Below, piece by piece: positions 61,031 through 64,000 of a stretch of 64,000 nucleotides of DNA. The stretch is taken from NCBI RefSeq assembly GCF_006345805.1, contig NC_043003.1, positions 30,132,001-30,196,000 of the forward strand, in the 5' to 3' direction. The translations under genes and the position numbers were made by a program. The notes beneath the pieces are model-generated. The model made no database searches. It worked only from the letters and a program-made list of their open reading frames with translations, and had not been told where the DNA came from. The stretch is from Octopus sinensis (Eukaryota). How positions within the stretch are numbered: the stretch's first letter is position 1; every line of letters begins with the position of its first letter.

Positions 61031-62417
61031 TACCAACCAAATGGTTAAGAAGTTCACTTTGCAACTACTGGGTCCTGGGTTTGATCCACTGGGTGGCATC
61101 TTGGGCAAATTCCATTTTTTATATCCTTGGATTGACCCATACTTTTTGAGTGAAATTGGGTAGACAGAAATTTATAAAAACCCACTGGGTGGATTGTACC
61201 TGTAATTTAGAATATACAGCTTTGTTAATACTGTCCCTTGCTGATTCTGACTGAGAATTACATCTAAGGTTCATATGTCTGTGGAATACTCAGCCATTTA
61301 CACATTAATTCAGTTAGTTACATAACCAAGTCGTTAACTTTGAATGGTGGCAATCCACTATCACCACAAAGTCAATTTCTCTGTGGCTGAGCGCATGGAT
61401 TCTCACTTCCTTACTCCCAAGCATTGAAGAGAAAGTGACTTATGTTGCTTTTGTACTTTATTTTTCATTGTTATCACAAATAATGTTTTGCAAGTATTCT
61501 GTTCAATTTCATAATATCAGATGTTCAAATGCAAATTCAAAGTTATATCAACATGTATTCAATTGTTGAAATAACCATGGAGGGAATATAAAACATTAAA
61601 GAATAATTATGAGAGTGCATGAACCATGACCTCTCACTAAGCTGCAACCATGAGGCTTTTGTTAGTAACAACATGGTAACTGGGTAAACCAGAGGCAATA
61701 AGGCAAGCACTCTTCTACATCTTCAATTATTTTCTAAACCCTTCTGTTCCTATATTTCTGTGAAAATATACTGCCTTTCTATTTCAATAAATTTTTAAAT
61801 GAAAGAATTTAATAGAATAACTTTGCTGTTATAAAGCTGGTGTTTGGAACATAACAGGTAATTTTGATGGAACAATTACATCACTTTAAAATAAGAAGTT
61901 TGTCATAGCATCACATGTAGTGTCAGAGAGGTTGGAATCAAAAGAATGAATTTCATAGTAATCCTTTTGAAATATTTCCCCCTCAGTATGAAGTAATTTC
62001 AGTCCTATTAATATTCCACTATTATGTAATGCGGGCAAGCCTGAACCAGAATAAATTTACACTGGTTCATACAAAATGGCTGTAATTTTTTTATTTATTT
62101 TTAGAATAAAATTTGTCACAAATCTAGATGTACATTAGACTAGAACTTATCCCTGTATCTATAGCTTTAAAATGACCAGGCGGATATAATACTCCTTACC
62201 CTGCCCTCAAAGGGCATCAGTCTGCTGCAGGATTAAACTCCAGATGCTGCTGGTACTTATTTTGAATTGAGTAGACTGAAGCAATGTGAAATGAAGTGTT
62301 TTGCTCAAGAACACTATGCCCTATCCAGTTTGGGAATTGAAACCACAAACTTACAATTGTGAGTTCAACACCTGCCTTCACTTAACATTAATGTGGTAGA
62401 TATTTGATGGTTTCAAA

Positions 62418-62625
62418 GTGGTGAGCTGGCAGAATCGTTACCCACTGGGCAAAATACTTAGTGGAATTTTGTCCATGTTACATTCTCAGTTCAAATTCCA
62501 CAGAGGTCGACTTTACTTTACATCCTTTCAGAGTTGATAAAACAAATACTAGTTGTGGACTGAGGTCGATGTAATCAACTTACCTGCTCCCCTAAAATTT
62601 CAGGCCTTGTGCCTATAGTAGAAAG
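62418..62625 (+). mobile_element. tRNA-derived SINE, family C
   Basis: Head gtggtgagctggcagaatcgtta and B-box-like gttcaaattcc. Related copies at ~24.0, 35.1 and 50.5 kb. Confidence 0.7.
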
Positions 62626-62970
62626 GATTTCTGGCTGTGTGATTAAAAAGCTTGCTTTGCAACCACATGGTTTTGGGTTCAGTCCCAAACATTAGAAAAT
62701 GTCTTCTATTATATCCCCAGCCAACCAATGCCTTGTGTGTGAATTTGATAGATGAAAACTGTGGAATACTGTCATATGTATGTATGTGTATGTCTTTGTA
62801 ACCTCCACTACACTTGACAACTGGTTTTGGTTTGTTATAACTTAGCAGTTATGCAAAAGAGACTGATAGAATAAGTACCAGACTTTAAAAATAAGTAATG
62901 TTGATTTGTTCAGGTAAACTTTTCAAGATGGTGCCCCAGCATAGCCACAATAAAATAACTGGGACAAGTA
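62626..62970 (+). mobile_element. SINE family B, degraded
   Basis: ggctgtgtgattaaaaagcttgc...gggttcagtccc...gatagaataagtacc...cagcatagcc. Confidence 0.65.
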
Positions 62971-64000
62971 AAAATAGATAAGCACATAACCAGAAATGTT
63001 TTGGGGTAGGACATAGTTGATTAAATCAACCCCAATATATTCAAATAAACAAAGAGTCTCTATAAGATTACTCAACCTGCTACAAATAACAATCAAGCGC
63101 CTCTCAAATCACATTCTGATATCTTATAAAAATGAGATACGTTGGATAATCTACTCCTAGACACATTGTGTCTGAAATAAAACTGGATGGTCATAGTTGG
63201 AATGCTTTAGACTATATGTCTCTTGATTGAAGTACCTGGGTTTAAATAGCATCAATAATCACCCAAGGATATTGCTTGCATTTATTTTACCAACCTCCAA
63301 TCTGTAAACTTCTACCTATGAGGACAAGACAAAATCAATTGCCATACTATAAAGTAAATATAGTCCTTTGCCATGTCGTGGTCGACATAACGCGCACTCA
63401 GTACATTGTGGATTTTTCTGGTTGATATATGTAAATATATATAGTGGACCCCTTAGTATATTGCAGGTTTCTGTGGCCGATAGGTATTTATATTTTTTAG
63501 CTTTTAATTATTTTTGTGGGAGGTTTTGGAATGTAACACCCATGATAATTGAGGGAAATACTATAGACCTAATTAAATCTGCTATTCTCTTTGCTTCCTA
63601 CAAACTTTTAATTTGGTAATAATAGGTGCAGGCATGGCTGTGTGGTTAAGAAGTTTGCTTCCCAACAAAATAGTTTTTGATTCAGTCCCACTATGTGGCA
63701 TCTTGAGCTGTGGTCCCAGACTGACCAATGGATTCAGATGACAGGAACTGAAAGAATCCTGTCTTATAAATATGTATGTTTGTCTCTGTCATGCAAGCTG
63801 TTTCAGTGATTTCTAATATTCAGTGGAAACATGTTAGGCCATGGGGAAATATTACATTCTTTGGAACCAGATGAGGGTTGGCAACAGGAAAGGTATCTGG
63901 CAATAGAAAATCCACCTCAATATACTCTACTTGACCTATACAAGTATTGAAAAGCAAATGTTAAAACATTGAAATGTCATTTTCATCCATTCTTTGATTT

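Overview
AT-rich eukaryotic DNA, most likely octopus (inferred from the YHCDICGK-type C2H2 arrays and the repeat landscape, not from a database match). The window holds a cluster of five paralogous multi-finger C2H2 zinc-finger genes with no recognisable KRAB/SCAN/BTB/ZAD domain: three on the minus strand (4.2-5.4, 14.2-15.3, 25.5-26.8 kb) and two on the plus strand (46.8-48.0, ~54.9-56.6 kb), in a divergent layout. All five share a conserved upstream motif (TACGAAAG-CG/TA-CGGCYGATG, degenerate in gene 2) and a GTAAGT donor after a short non-coding exon; genes 1-4 also share a conserved acceptor before the single coding exon. All five carry a nearly invariant three-finger block near the C-terminus (QNGHLTQ / QxxHLTL / DNQxLxR), while the N-terminal fingers vary. 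Birth-and-death events are visible: a half-decayed copy (gene 2), a leader frameshift plus an apparently perfect 498-bp six-finger duplication (gene 5), fossil fingers in the leaders, and a chimeric finger. Intergenic DNA is packed with mobile elements: Penelope, RTE-type LINEs, a Chapaev-like DNA transposon with a nested RTE LINE, a catalytically deleted Tc1 carrying a perfect ETS-CRE motif, several SINE families, MITEs and foldback structures. No rRNA, tRNA or CRISPR features are supported.
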